Positions 28,280 to 45,014 of a stretch of 64,000 nt of DNA are shown piece by piece. This stretch comes from the human T2T-CHM13v2.0 reference genome, Homo sapiens. Position 1 is the first letter of the stretch, and each line of letters opens with the position of its first letter. Position numbers and translations under genes: made by a program. The DNA lies in assembly GCF_009914755.1 (NCBI RefSeq), contig NC_060944.1. One strand, 5' to 3'. Under the pieces are notes generated by a model, which was not told the DNA's origin, ran no database searches, and saw only the letters and a program-made list of their open reading frames with translations.

Positions 28280-29100
28280 ACTTGATATTTACAGAGCACA
28301 TGTCATAAACTCTATTTAAAAACAGAGGTAAAAAGGGGGAAGCACTGAAAAATATAACTCGAGTAATCAGTTTCATTCAAAATGTAAGTGGGAGAATCAG
28401 AATAGAAAATAATATGATTTGCAGATTTATTTTAAATCAGATCTAAATTTTTAGATTTGCAAGGTCTGAGTGAAAAAAAAGAGTGTCATTGCTTAGAACT
28501 TCTTAGGAAAACAAATCAATAAATCTGTAGGAAATAGGCTGTGTGCTGAACCTTATTTGGTTTCTGCTTTTTGACCGAGAAGAAGCATATTATATTGAAA
28601 GGGTATATACTTGGTACATAGAAGGAAGGCGACCTTTAATCTCTGACTTTATATAAACATAAAAACCGTGAATAGAAAAGACTGAGCCTAGGAAGAAATA
28701 AAAAAGGAGCCCTGAATCTATGAGGCTGAGCCATATGAAACAGCCATAATTGTAGGCCAAAAATGGCCAAACACAGGCGGTTTCTCATAGGCCAACAATA
28801 CAGTCGTTCTGAGAGAGCAACAGCATTACTTTTGCTTAGTTGACCATCTGATTATGACAGTTTAGAACCTCATATTGATGTGGCAAACATGAGTTAACTT
28901 CTCTATTGTTAATGGATATGATTTTATTCTAATTTAGATCTGATTTAAAATAAATCTGCAAATCACATTATTTTCTATTCTGATTCTCCCACTTACATTT
29001 TGAATGAAACTGATTACTCCAGTTATATTTTCGAGTGCTTCCCCCTTCTTACCTCTGATTTTAGATAGAGTTTATGACACATGCTCTGTAAATATCAAGT
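28280..29100. repeat. Inverted repeat: 170-bp arms 28280-28449 and 28931-29100, 481-bp spacer
   Basis: Hand alignment of the left arm to the reverse complement of the right arm: ungapped, 9 mismatches in 170 (about 95%). Confidence 0.97.
28719..28800. mobile_element. MADE2 mariner-type MITE in the inverted-repeat spacer
   Basis: ta-tgaggctgagccatatgaaacagcc..tgtaggccaaaaatggcc..tttctcataggccaacaa-ta; about 80 bp with TA flanks. Confidence 0.7.
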
Positions 29101-29419
29101 GAAGTTATTTTAGTATATGGTGCAACATTTTATAAATAACAAGAAAGAGTATGCTACTTTCAACAATATCATGTTTAATATACATAAAATATATAAGCAT
29201 GTAAAATATATGTAACATATATACTTAAAATGCATATACATTATATACATTTAACTAAGTACAAATATAAATGTTGCCTAAGAGGTAAGCTTCAAATTGG
29301 AATTTGAGGGAAATAAGCTTCAAATTCATTTCTCATATATTCATCATTTTATTTGTTCATATGTTATGTTTTTTGTTGTTGTTGTATGGGAGAGGTACTG
29401 ATTTAGGTTACTTCTTTTG

Positions 29420-29675
29420 TAGTAGAGGATGGTAGTTAAAAATACATACTCTGAACCCCATCTGCCTGGGTTTGAATCCCAGCTCTATCCCTTGTGAGCT
29501 GTGTGATTTTGAGTAAGTGACTTAAACTTTCTGCACCTCAGTTTTAATATATATGAAAAAAGGATAATATTAGTACTCCCTTAAGGTTGTGTTAGGGATT
29601 ACATGAATTAATATAATGTGTTTGGATCAGTGCTTATGTTGGAAGCACTAGGTAAGTGTTTATTATTATTACTTC
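29420..29675 (+). mobile_element. MIR
   Basis: ctgcctgggtttgaatcccagctct...aagtgacttaaactttctgcacctcagttt. Confidence 0.85.
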
Positions 29676-30059
29676 TCATTGTAGTCTCCTTTATGAAACG
29701 TGTGTGCATAGCCTGTCTGGAGGATGACTTTTTGTCTTTTAAAGAGAGAAGCTGTACTACTTCTACTGTACCAGAAATTCATCTGAGAGCAGGTTACTTT
29801 CTCATTGTAAAGTCCATGCAAGCCAGATAAACCTATAGGGTAGCACTTCCTTAATTAGTTTACAATTTCTGAGGATAGGTTGGTGGGAGTAAACTGCCTC
29901 TGAGTGTTCACTTCTCTGGGAACTGTCCCGTCTGTTGTTGCGTATCATATGTTCTAGTGCATTTTTTTTCAGTTATGTCCTTTCCCACAAAGCAGTTTGG
30001 TGTAACCACTGTAATCCCAGTAAGCTATGGTTGGGGTCTATGTATAGGAATGTGCACCC

Positions 30060-30625
30060 TGAAATTCATTCACTTATTCAGCACAATTTTATTGAGCATC
30101 TACTAAGTGTTAGGCACTCTCTGTGTCAGATATATTATAGATAATATACAACTACCTAAATGCATAGTAAGCAAGATATTGTACCATTGAGAGTAGTAAG
30201 AGTGATGAGAAGAGTTCAGGGAGGGAGTAGTGGTAACTGTTTTACATAGGTACTCAAGAAAGGAATCTCTGATAAGCTGATCTTTGAGCAGAGATTTAAA
30301 GGCCGTGAGGGATAAGCCATGTGGTTGGTTATCTGGAGGAAGAATGTCCTAAGCAAAAGAATTGGTAAATGTGAAGGTATGTGACTTCTGGGATAGTTTG
30401 ACAAACAGTTCAAGAGGCCAATTGGCTGGAGCATAGTAAATGGGGATTGGGATCAGTAGTAGGAGGTGAGGTCAGAGAGATTGCTGAAGACAAGGGCGAA
30501 TTATATTAGGTTTTTACAACCATTGTAAGGGCTTTGGCTTTTCTCTGCATGAAATTCAAAGATGTTATAAAGTTTTAAATACAGATGTGATGTGATTGGA
30601 CTTGTGTTTTTTAAAAAAGGATCAC
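30060..30625 (-). mobile_element. L2 3' end
   Basis: attcattcacttattcagcacaattttattgagcatctactaagtgttaggcact. Confidence 0.8.
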
Positions 30626-32731
30626 TGAGACTTCTGATCTATACAAGATGGCCAGATTAGATATTGGACCTGAACATTTTTCTTTGTTCTTCTTCCCTAA
30701 GTACAACTATACATCCCAGACATAATGTGAGAGGCAACCAGCAGAGGACTCTGAAAGGTGCTAAGAGGAAGGCAGACTGGTTTCTGGCATCAGGACCAGA
30801 GAAGCAGCATGGGGCAGGGTATCTTATGTTTCCCCCAGCCAGTAAAAGAAGGTGATCAGGACCAGCATTTTACAACCTGTGACCTAGCAACAGAAGGTGG
30901 TTCAGGAAAGCTCCTTCTTTTCATGGAGTCCATCCAGTGTCAACAGGGAAGCCCAGCACCATTGGCAAAGGGATCAGTCGGGAATTCAGTTATGGCTAGC
31001 CATACATGGGCAGGGTAAATGCTCTTCTTCCTGACCAGGCCTGGGACTTCTCCCTCTACCAAGAGATACAACACAGGGTCACCAGGTTGTACCAGCAAAA
31101 GGGGGCCCATGCCCATGACAACAAGCAGCCTGGCCTGGGATACCTCTTTCTCCATGGGTCTGAAACTCCTCTCTCCTGCCCAGAGACACTGAGACTGCTG
31201 AGTGACACCGGTAAGAGGTATTTCACTACAACAAGCGCTTGGCCCATGAAGCCTATTTGTCTCCATAGACCCAAGATGCTATTCTCTCACCAAGAGACAC
31301 TGTAGGGTCAGACTGAAAAAAACCTGTCAGCCCTCTCAGGTACAGGGACCTCTGGAAGCCCCTCTCATATCATCTAAACCAAGCAGACCAAAATAACACA
31401 GCAAAGGTTCTGAAAATTAAACCATCGGTGGAATGACAACCCACAAAAGTAGACCAGAACTCATGTGATAAACTTAAACCAGGGTGACTACCTGCTAAAA
31501 GGAAAGATTTGAATAGAATTTAGTCTTCTAATATACAAAAATAAAACGTCCAGGATACAACTGAAAGTTGCTCATCATACTAAGAGCTGAGAAGATCATG
31601 GCTTGAGTCAGAAAAATTTAGTCAACCTCAAGATGGATCAGATTTTGGAATTATCTTACAAGAATTTTAAAGCAGCCACCATAAAAAATGTTTCAGCAGT
31701 CAAAAACAAATTATTTTGAAACAAGTGCAAAAATAGAAAACTTCAGCAAAAAAATAGAAGTTTTTAAAAAGAACCACATGTAAAGGATAAAACTGAAAAA
31801 TACAATGGCCAAAATAAAAGAACACAATAGGTGGGTTCAATAGTAGAGTGGAAATGATAGAAGATAGTGTCAGTGAATTAAGGACACATTGGCAGAATGT
31901 ACTCAATCTGAACAACAGAAGAGATAAAATAGATTTTAAAAATGAACTGAGCTCCGGGGACCTGTGGAACAATAACAAAATTTCTAAGATTTCTATCACT
32001 GGAGTTGCAGAAGAGACCCAGGGGAATTGGGCTGAGGAATATTTGAATAAATCATGGCTGAAAATGTCCCAAATTTGGCAGAAAAACACAACCTAAGAAT
32101 CTGAGCGCACCTCAAACAGGATACACCTTAGCAAATCTACACCAAGATACATCATGTGTAAACTTCTGAAAACAAAGGCAAAGGAAAAAAATCTTCAAAG
32201 CAGACTAAGAGAAATGATGCATTAACTACAGAGAAGTACCAATTCAAATGATAGCAGTTTCTTATCCGGAAACATGGAGACCAGAAGGCAGTGCATCTTT
32301 CAATGGCTGAAAGAAAGTATCTGTCAACAGTGACTTCTGTGTCCAGTGAAAATATCCTCCTAGGATTTCTCTCAGATGATGAAAACTGGAATTTGTAAGT
32401 AGCAGACCCACCCATTAAGATTGACTAATGGAATTTTATAAAACAGAAAGGAAAGTATAGAAGAAGGAAACTTGGAGTATCAGAAACAGAAAATAATGGA
32501 AAGAGCTGAAATATGTGTGCAAGCAATAGACCATCCTATGCCTCAACAGTTTGTAAATTATATTTGATGGTTGAAACATTATGTTAGCATCCGATACTCA
32601 AGGCAATGCTATTTAAAAGTAGGAGTCAGTAAAGGGACCTAAATGAAAGTAAGATGATTTCCACTCTTCAGCTGAAGTGTAAAATATTGATACCCATAAA
32701 ATGTAATAAATCACATATGCATATTGTATTA

Positions 32732-33040
32732 GGCCAGGTGCAAGGGCTGATGCCTCTAATCCCAACACTTTAGGAGGTCAATGCAGGAGGATTGCATGAG
32801 GCCAGGAGTTTGAGACCAGCCTGGCCAAGATAGCAAATTCCATCCCTACAAAAAGTTAAAAATAAAAATAATAAAATAAATAAAAAAGATGGGTGTGGTG
32901 ACATGCGCCTGTAGTCCCAGCTACTCAGGAGGCTGAGGCAGGAAGATGACTTTAGCACAGGAAATTGAGGGGGCAGTGAGCTGTCACTGTACCACTACAC
33001 TCCAGAATGAGTGACAGAGCAAGACCCCATCTCTAAAAAA
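32732..33040 (+). mobile_element. AluJ
   Basis: ggaggattgcatgaggccaggagtttgagaccagcc; old, diverged dimer. Confidence 0.9.
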
Positions 33041-33089
33041 TATTAAAAGTAATAATAAAAACTGCAATTACTTTTGCACCAACCTAATA
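33041..33089. mobile_element. MADE1 (Hsmar1 MITE): centre plus one TIR
   Basis: attaaaagtaat..aaaaactgcaattacttttgcaccaacctaata. Confidence 0.85.
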
Positions 33090-35051
33090 ACAAACAAAAA
33101 CCTTACACTTAAAAAATTTATAAAGAAATCAAGATAAAATCCTAAAAAATATTTGACTAACCTCCAAGAAGGCAAGAAAAGGAAAACAGCAGAACAAAAA
33201 CCAGAGTAAATAAATGGAAAACAAATAATAAAAAGGCAGATGTAAACTCTAATATGTGAATAAATACCTTAAAGGTAAAAGCAAAGAGAACCTAGATATA
33301 GACCCATACACATATGCTCTGCTGATCTTTTACAAACATGCAAAATTAGTTCAACAAGGCAAAGGACAGTATTTTCAACAAGTGATGATGGAGACATTGG
33401 ATATTCATAGGCAAAAAATAAGTAAAAATAAAAAAAAAAGTATAAAATGAAGTTCAACATAAGCTTCACACTTCATATAAAAATGAATTCAAATAGATCC
33501 TAGATATAAATCTAAAACATAAAACTGTAAAACTTTTAGGAAAACACATAGGAAAATCTTTGGAATATGGATCTAGGCAGAGTTCTTTGACATCAAATCC
33601 ATGATTCATAAGAAGAAAAATTGGATCTCATTAAAATTAAAATAATTTCTCTGTGTAAAATCCTAAAAAGAGGATGAGAAGACAAGCTACAGACTGAGAG
33701 AAAGTGTTTGTAAACCACATATCTGCCAAAGGACTTGTATCTAGAATACATAAAGGACCTTCAAATTCACAGGAAAAAAAACAAAAAACAAAAAACCTAA
33801 ACCAAACAATCCATTTAGAAAATGGGTAAAAGGTCTAAGTAGACAATCCACTAAAGAGGATACACAGATGGCACATAAGCATATGAAAAGATGTCGCCTT
33901 CATTAGCCATTAGGGAAATGCAAATTAAAACCCCAGTGAGTTCTCACTGCACACCTATCAGAATGGCTGGAATTAAAATAGTGACATTACCAAATGCTGG
34001 CAAGGGTGTGGAGGAACAGATCAATGGTAGGTTAAACAGTCTGGCAGTTTCTTATAAAACTAAACATGTAGTTACTATATGATATAACTATTGTATTATG
34101 AAGCGTTGATCCCAGAAACATGTTTTAAAAGTATGTTCACACAAAAAATCTGTACACAAATATTCAAAGCAGCTTTATTAATAATAGCCCAAACTGAAGA
34201 TAGACCAGATGCCTTCAGTGAGCAAATGGTTAAATAAAGATGGCATGTCCATACTGTGACATATGCTACTCAGCAATAAAAAGCAATGAACTATTGGTGT
34301 ACTTAGCCTGGATAAGTCTCCAGTATGCTGAATGGAAAAAGCCAATCTCAAAAGGTTTCATACTGTATGATTCCATTTATATAAGAGTTTTGCAATGGCA
34401 AAATTTTAATGAGGGACAATTTTGTGTCTGTAAAGTGTTAGGCACAGGCGTAGGCAGGGAGGGAGGCTGCTGTAGTTATAAAAGAGCAACATGAGGAATG
34501 CTTGTGGTGACGATACTGTTCTATATCTTGACTGTGGTGAGGAATACATGAACCTACAGATGATAAACTTGTATAGAATTAAATACACACACATGCACAC
34601 CCACACACGCAAGTCAAACGGGGGAAATCTGAATTAGATTAATAGATTGTATCAATATCAATGTCCTGGTTGTGATATTGTACTATAGTTTTGCAAGATA
34701 TTACCATTAGGGAAAATTGGGTAAAAGGTAAAAGGGCTCCCTCTATATTATTACTTACAACTGCATATGAAATCTGTAATTATCTCAATAAAATTTCAAT
34801 GAAATTAAAAGGAACCTCCAGAGTAGTGCCTGAGGACTCTCAGTATTAGCCTTGACCTCAGAACATCTCTAGACAAAAGTGATAGAATGAATATTACTTT
34901 ATTAAGAGTTTTTCATAATATATTATCACCACTCCCTTCTCAGTAATCAGTAGTATAATATTATGTTTATAGAAAAATATCTCATGGTATGTCAATGTTT
35001 GTTGGTATTAAAATCAAATTAAAATAATTTTACACGAGAGTGCAAATGGCT

Positions 35052-35410
35052 GACAGATTTAACTCTTATGTTTTTGTCCCCCCAAAAAATCATATGTTGA
35101 AACCTAACCCCCACAGTGATAGTATTAAAAGGTGAGTCTTTTGGGAAGTGATTAGGTCATGAGAGCTCTGCCCTCATGAATGGGATTTTTGCCCTAATAA
35201 AAGAGGCTTGAGAGTCTTTTTACCTTTCCACCACATGAGCATTCATAGAAGGCACCTTCTGTGAGAAATGGGCAATCACCAGACGCTGAATCTGCCAGCA
35301 TCTTGATCTTGGACTTCTCAGCCGCCAGAACAGTGAGGAATACATTTCTGTTGATAAATTACCCAGTCTAAGTACGGCATTTTGTTATAATAGCCTACCT
35401 GGACTAAGAC
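35052..35410 (+). mobile_element. MLT1A/MSTD-type solo LTR
   Basis: catatgttgaaacctaaccccc...gccctcatgaatgggatt...ggactaagac. Confidence 0.8.
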
Positions 35411-35579
35411 GATGATGTTAATTCAAATAAATATGACTGCTCTGGGAGAAATGATTTTGGGCAATATGGCTTTATTGCTGCTGTTTCTATTCTAGGCTGC
35501 TACTCCCTCCTATAAGACACAAGGGCAGAAATCAGCAACTTCACCCTCTGTTTATGAAGGGTGCTATGCAGGGCCCAAG

Positions 35580-35602
35580 TATTATTATTATTATTATTAC
35601 TA
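35580..35602. repeat. (ATT)n microsatellite
   Basis: tattattattattattattactat. Confidence 0.8.
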
Positions 35603-35659
35603 TTTTTAAAATTTTACTTTACTCATGTTTGTTCTGGTATGTGATTCAGCTTTTTAAAA

Positions 35660-38500
<2,841 letters not shown>

Positions 38501-38902
38501 ATTCCCAGGGCTATATAAGAAACAGAGTTGAATTTGGTTGAATTTGGAAACAGAGATTAAGGAATAGGCCAAAAGTGATGAATACAGGGGCATGTAATAT
38601 ACTTTCAGGAATCCAAAGTCCAGTTCATTGAAAAAAATGTATTTGTAAATTTCCTTTTAAATTCCAAATGAAAATTTGGGTTAACTCAGAAGAATATATG
38701 CCATCTAGGATAACAATAAATGAGCCTAACAGTCTTTAACTATCTGGTGATATGGGATTGCCTGAATCATGGTACCTCTAAACATTGCAACCCTTAAAAC
38801 TCATGCTATGTGTGAATAATTAATGCCACAGGAAATACTTATGAGACATTAAATTTAAAAAAGGAATTGCATTTGTCATTTTTTCATACATTCATAATGT
38901 AA

Positions 38903-38904
<2 letters not shown>

Positions 38905-38944
<40 letters not shown>

Positions 38945-38958
38945 GTGCGTGTGTGTGT
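38905..38958. repeat. (TG)n microsatellite
   Basis: About 16 pure GT units, then interrupted. Confidence 0.95.
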
Positions 38959-38972
38959 AAAGAAGAATATGA

Positions 38973-39319
<347 letters not shown>

Positions 39320-39627
39320 TTAGTTTCTTTCCAATGCCATTGTGCATCTTCAGATTTCTTTATGATTTCTTTACCTTATTGTTGAAATAAAAAAAGCAAT
39401 AACAATACACAATTATTTTTTAAAAGGAAGAAGTTTAAGCAAAGGGAAAACTAGCATATGACAAAATAGCTGAAACCAGAGGTAGAGCTTATAAGCCAAT
39501 ATGCCAAAAGACCCTGCACTTGGCCTTTTTAGTCCAAGTGATCTATATTTTAGCTGAGTTTCCTAGAAGTATATACAAGGATTCTCAGTGGTGACTAGAA
39601 TGAACAGACTAGCTGTTCAGGAATCTA

Positions 39628-39950
<323 letters not shown>

Positions 39951-40175
39951 AGCTACCACTAATACTGATATTTAAGAGATTTCTCCAGTATATACCCATA
40001 AAGATGAAAAACCACATCTTTTAGTGAGTGACATCCCTGTAAGACACAGGGGCAATAGCGTTCACAGGAATTAGTCTCATATCATTCTGAGACACAGATC
40101 AAAAGTTTTTCATTACTAGCAATTCTAGCAGATATAAAACCATGTGAACCAGGTGTGCAGCAGCTTTCCAGTGTT

Positions 40176-41128
<953 letters not shown>

Positions 41129-41164
41129 TCTGGCTTCATCCTTGTAGAGAAGGAGATTGGCTAT

Positions 41165-41330
41165 CTTTCCTTCAGGGTTCCAGTCCTGGTTCTTCCTTTA
41201 ACTAGCTATGTGGCTTTAGCAAATATTTTAACATCATTAAGTGGCATATGTAAAATGGAAAAAAACTAATTTTTGTCTAACTCACAAAATTGCTAAAGTG
41301 AAGTGAAATATATGTAAATGTATTTATTAT
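41165..41330 (+). mobile_element. MIR fragment
   Basis: gggttccagtcctggttctt..actagctatgtggctttagcaa..tgtaaaatgg. Confidence 0.6.
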
Positions 41331-42599
41331 CTATACATCACAAGGTAAAATTTGATTAATCTAAAACTCTCTGCTCTGTAATAATGTACTACATTTAAGT
41401 TTTTTTCCAATGCATTTGATCTTTCAGCTACTACATAAAAGAAATAAACAAACATAAGGACTATTCTAATGCCATGCCAGTCACAGTGTTAAAATAACTT
41501 AGGCATATTTTGATACCCCTTGATATGTTTATGATGAATTTGAAATATACTAGAGAAGAAATTTTGTTTAGTTTTATAAGTGTGGCTTACAGAAGGAGAC
41601 TTTAAATAAAATAAACCCAAACAAGTTTTGATTTACTCATGGACATGTTTTAGTTCGGAATGTCAAGTATGAATGTCCGTCTCCAGGGATATCAGGGTGT
41701 GAATCAGATGTGCATGTTTCACAATCCACAGGTTTCCATATGTTTTTGAAATATAGAAAAAACTTCACTAATTTAAGCTTATCAGCATTCAAAGTTATCT
41801 TATTTGCAGCCACTGAGATAAAAGTTAACTCTGTATCCTAACTAGCTTACTATTTGAATAACCACAAATATTGGTTAAAAAAGAACCAAAAATAGTTATC
41901 TTGGTTTGACTGTAAACTGCATTCTTCCATCTTGAAAATTTTGAATTTTTCTAGATTTTCAATATGTTTTTGGGGTAATAATGATATGTAATATTATAAA
42001 ATTTGAAGTAATAATAATGAATGAATGAAATTAAATAAAATGGACTCCAGATACCTTCACCTAGAGACTTATGCTGTTAATTAACTTTTAGAGACTACAA
42101 ACTCAGGTATCAGCCTGTGCATATATACACATAGAAAGATAATGCATAAATAGGAGTGCTTTTAGAACAACTAGAATATAGGATGCATACTAATTTAATT
42201 AACATCTTAAATTTAACTTTACTTGAAATTAAGCATAAAAAAGAAGCTGAATATAATCTAAGTGGCTGAACTCTAGCAACAATTTCACTGCAGAATAAGT
42301 TGTTTCTAAAAGATCCCTCTAAAGTTCATAAGAAATGATTATGAAGAAATTGAAGTTTACATCATTACTTATGTAACTAAAAATTTTCCTTTAACCTCTC
42401 TAATTTTGTTATGAAAGACAAAGAAATTAGATTAGGTGGGCTTCTTTTTTACTTTACCATCTCAGCCTCTGAATTTGTTAGTTATATTATTTTTATATTT
42501 TTGAGGCTTCTGCCCTGCTAGGATGCTTTGTGGCAATAATTTCTGAAATTCTTCAAACTTAATTTTATCAGATTTTATAAGAAACTTAGCAATTCAATT

Positions 42600-42733
42600 A
42601 AAATTGGAAATGCAAAAAGTCTTCAGTTGCATAAGAAAACCCATTCATGATAGTAGAAATGTAAATTGTAACCACACTGAGTTTCCATTTCTTACCTATC
42701 AGATTGTCAACATTTCGAAAGTTTGGCAATACC

Positions 42734-42772
<39 letters not shown>

Positions 42773-43700
42773 CTTTAAGTTCTGGGATACATGTGCAGAA
42801 TGTGCAGGTTTGTTACATAGGTATATATGTCCCATGGTGGTTTGCTGCACCCATCAACCCGTCATCTGCATTAGGTATTTCTCCTAATGCTATCCCTCCC
42901 CTAGCCCCCCACTCCCCAACAGGCCCTGGTGTGTGATGTTCCCCTCCCTGTGTCCACGTGTTCTCACTGTTCAACCCCCACTTATGAGTGAGAACATGTG
43001 GTGTTTGGTTTTCTGTTCCTGTGTAAGTTTGCTGAGAATGATGGTTCCCAGCTTCATCCATGTCCCTGCAAAGGACATTAACTCATCCTTTTAATGTTAA
43101 GGCTGTGGGGAAACAGGCTTTATTATGCATTGCTGGGAGGAGTGTAGTTTAGTGATATCTACCAAAACTACATGTGCTTAGCTTTTGACCCAATAATTTC
43201 TTTTCTGGGCATTTATCTTTTTATATATATCTGCATGTGCACAAAAATGATGTGTTTACAAGGTTAGTCAGCTGAGCTGCTTATAACATTCTAACTTACA
43301 AAGAACCTAAGTGTCCATCAGTAAGGGACTGGTTAAATAAATTATGGAACATTCATACAGTGAAATATTTTTCAGCTAATGGGGAGCAGAAGGAAAAGGT
43401 AGAGAAGGGAAAAAGAAGAGATCTCTGTATTGATTTAGGAAGATTTCTAAGGTATGTTGATCGGTAAAATGTTCATGTCCAGAAAGTGTGTGTAAAGAGA
43501 TAAGATTATATTTGTTTGTGTATATATACATATATTTATTTATTACTTATTTTATATATATAAACACTTTATATATAAACACTTTAAGGAAAATGTTTAC
43601 CTTGTGTGAGAGGGGACAGGAGAGGAAGGGCACTGGGAGACTGGTAACTCTGTCTCTTTAATTTGTTTTTATTTATTTATCACTAATAATTACTTATTAC
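42600..43700 (+). mobile_element. Old L1ME 3' region, split by an L1PA
   Basis: gtagaaatgtaaatt..accacactgag; ttttgacccaataattt; tgtccatcagtaagggactggttaaataaattatgg. Confidence 0.65.
42737..43092 (-). mobile_element. Short L1PA 3' end with a (TAA)n-derived tail
   Basis: (tta)n-tactttaagttctgggatacatgtgcagaatgtgcagg...catccatgtccctgcaaaggac. Confidence 0.92.
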
Positions 43701-44599
43701 AAAAAAGAATGTTAAAGCATTAAGTGGATTCATTCTGAACAGCAGTGCTTTGTCTCAGACTCCTCATTCATGACTTCTTTAATTTGATTGACTTTTTGGT
43801 TAGCTAGATTTTGCCGTCTAGTTAATTTTAAAGGAAATGAATGAATGTTCTGTTTCCTAAATTGCTGCATGAATGAGGATATCTATCAAAATTGTGTGTA
43901 TCAATTCTCCCTTGAAAACCTTTAAAATCTTTTGGTCTCACTTGTTTTCTACCTCAAAACGTTGTTAGTAGTATTCCAGTGTCCTCTGGAATGAGATTGT
44001 GGCACTTTCAAAAAGTAGAGTTTTTCACCCTATACTTCGCTTTTGTTTCAGTGAATTTTTTTTGAGGTGGAAAAGGAGCTCACTAAAATGGTTTATACTT
44101 TCTGATTTTATCCCAAAGTTTGGATTTCTTTTTGGGTTATCTTTTAATGTTGCATTATTTTGTGGATTTTAGCTTTCTAACTTTCTGTTATGGAATATAC
44201 TCAGGGAAGTGTTTTACATCTGGAGAGATATAATTCAAAATTTTCTCTATGTGATTATTTATACATTTTTCCTGAGTGTGTGAAATAAATTTAAGAATAA
44301 TCTGAAGTTTTGTGTTTGTTTTAGTTGCATATACCTTGAAATTGATGTTAATTGATGTTGTCTTTACTTTTACTATATTGTTTAGGTTATGAATTGTGTG
44401 AGTATTCTCTAATGGAGAAGTAGGCTGTTTCATGTCTTTATTCTATATTGACTGTGACATAAGCCTTGTAGAGAAAGTTTTTCTATGTGCAGAATGTACA
44501 AAATGTCTTGCAAATCTCTGTGAGTTTGCCCCCGTGATGCTTGTTTCAGCATCATGACTGAAACAATAAAAGGAGGAACATCATCTAGTTTCTCTATTT

Positions 44600-45010
44600 G
44601 CCTGTGATAAGTCCAGATTCTCTGAGAAGCAGACATCATCATGGGATTAAATGTGCAAAAACCTTATTAGAGAGAAAACCTGTGCGAGTGAAAAAAGGGA
44701 GGCAGCTGGGGGCAGCTGACAGAGCCCTCAGACTGTGATGCACATTTGACCCTGAGTGAAGGAGAGAGGGAGACAAGGTTGGTTGGAAGTGTCCTGGACT
44801 GGCATGAAGTTTCAGGAAACCTGAAGGAGCATCAAAGTTCACAGTTAGAGGAGTCCCATATCTCCTAGGAACAGGCATGCCTTAATCTCTCTGTTGGCAG
44901 TAGTCATTGCTGGGAGTGCTAGATGGCCCCAGCCTAAATGGGGTGATGGCTTTCAGAACTAAGCAGGCTGAGCACCTTGGTCAGCAGAGATCCCTATAGG
45001 GATTCTTACC
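44600..45010 (-). mobile_element. ERVL LTR (LTR16/33-like)
   Basis: gattctctgagaagcagac...agagccctcagactgtgatgca..tgaccctgagtgaaggagagagggag. Confidence 0.55.
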
Positions 45011-45014
45011 AGTA

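Larger units (their letters stand above)
30626..34810 (+). mobile_element. Old L1M(C)-type element with 5'UTR, ORF1, ORF2 start, large internal ORF2 deletion, ORF2 end and 3'UTR
   Basis: caagatggcc 5' motif; ORF1p remnant GDLWNNNKISKISITGVAEE (31848-32096); ORF2 C-terminal [11 protein letters not shown] (33891); 3'UTR ending ctcaataaaa. Confidence 0.75.

Noticed and set aside
29640-29657. TAG|GTAAGT as a recursive splice site
   Set aside because: No polypyrimidine tract; it lies within a MIR.
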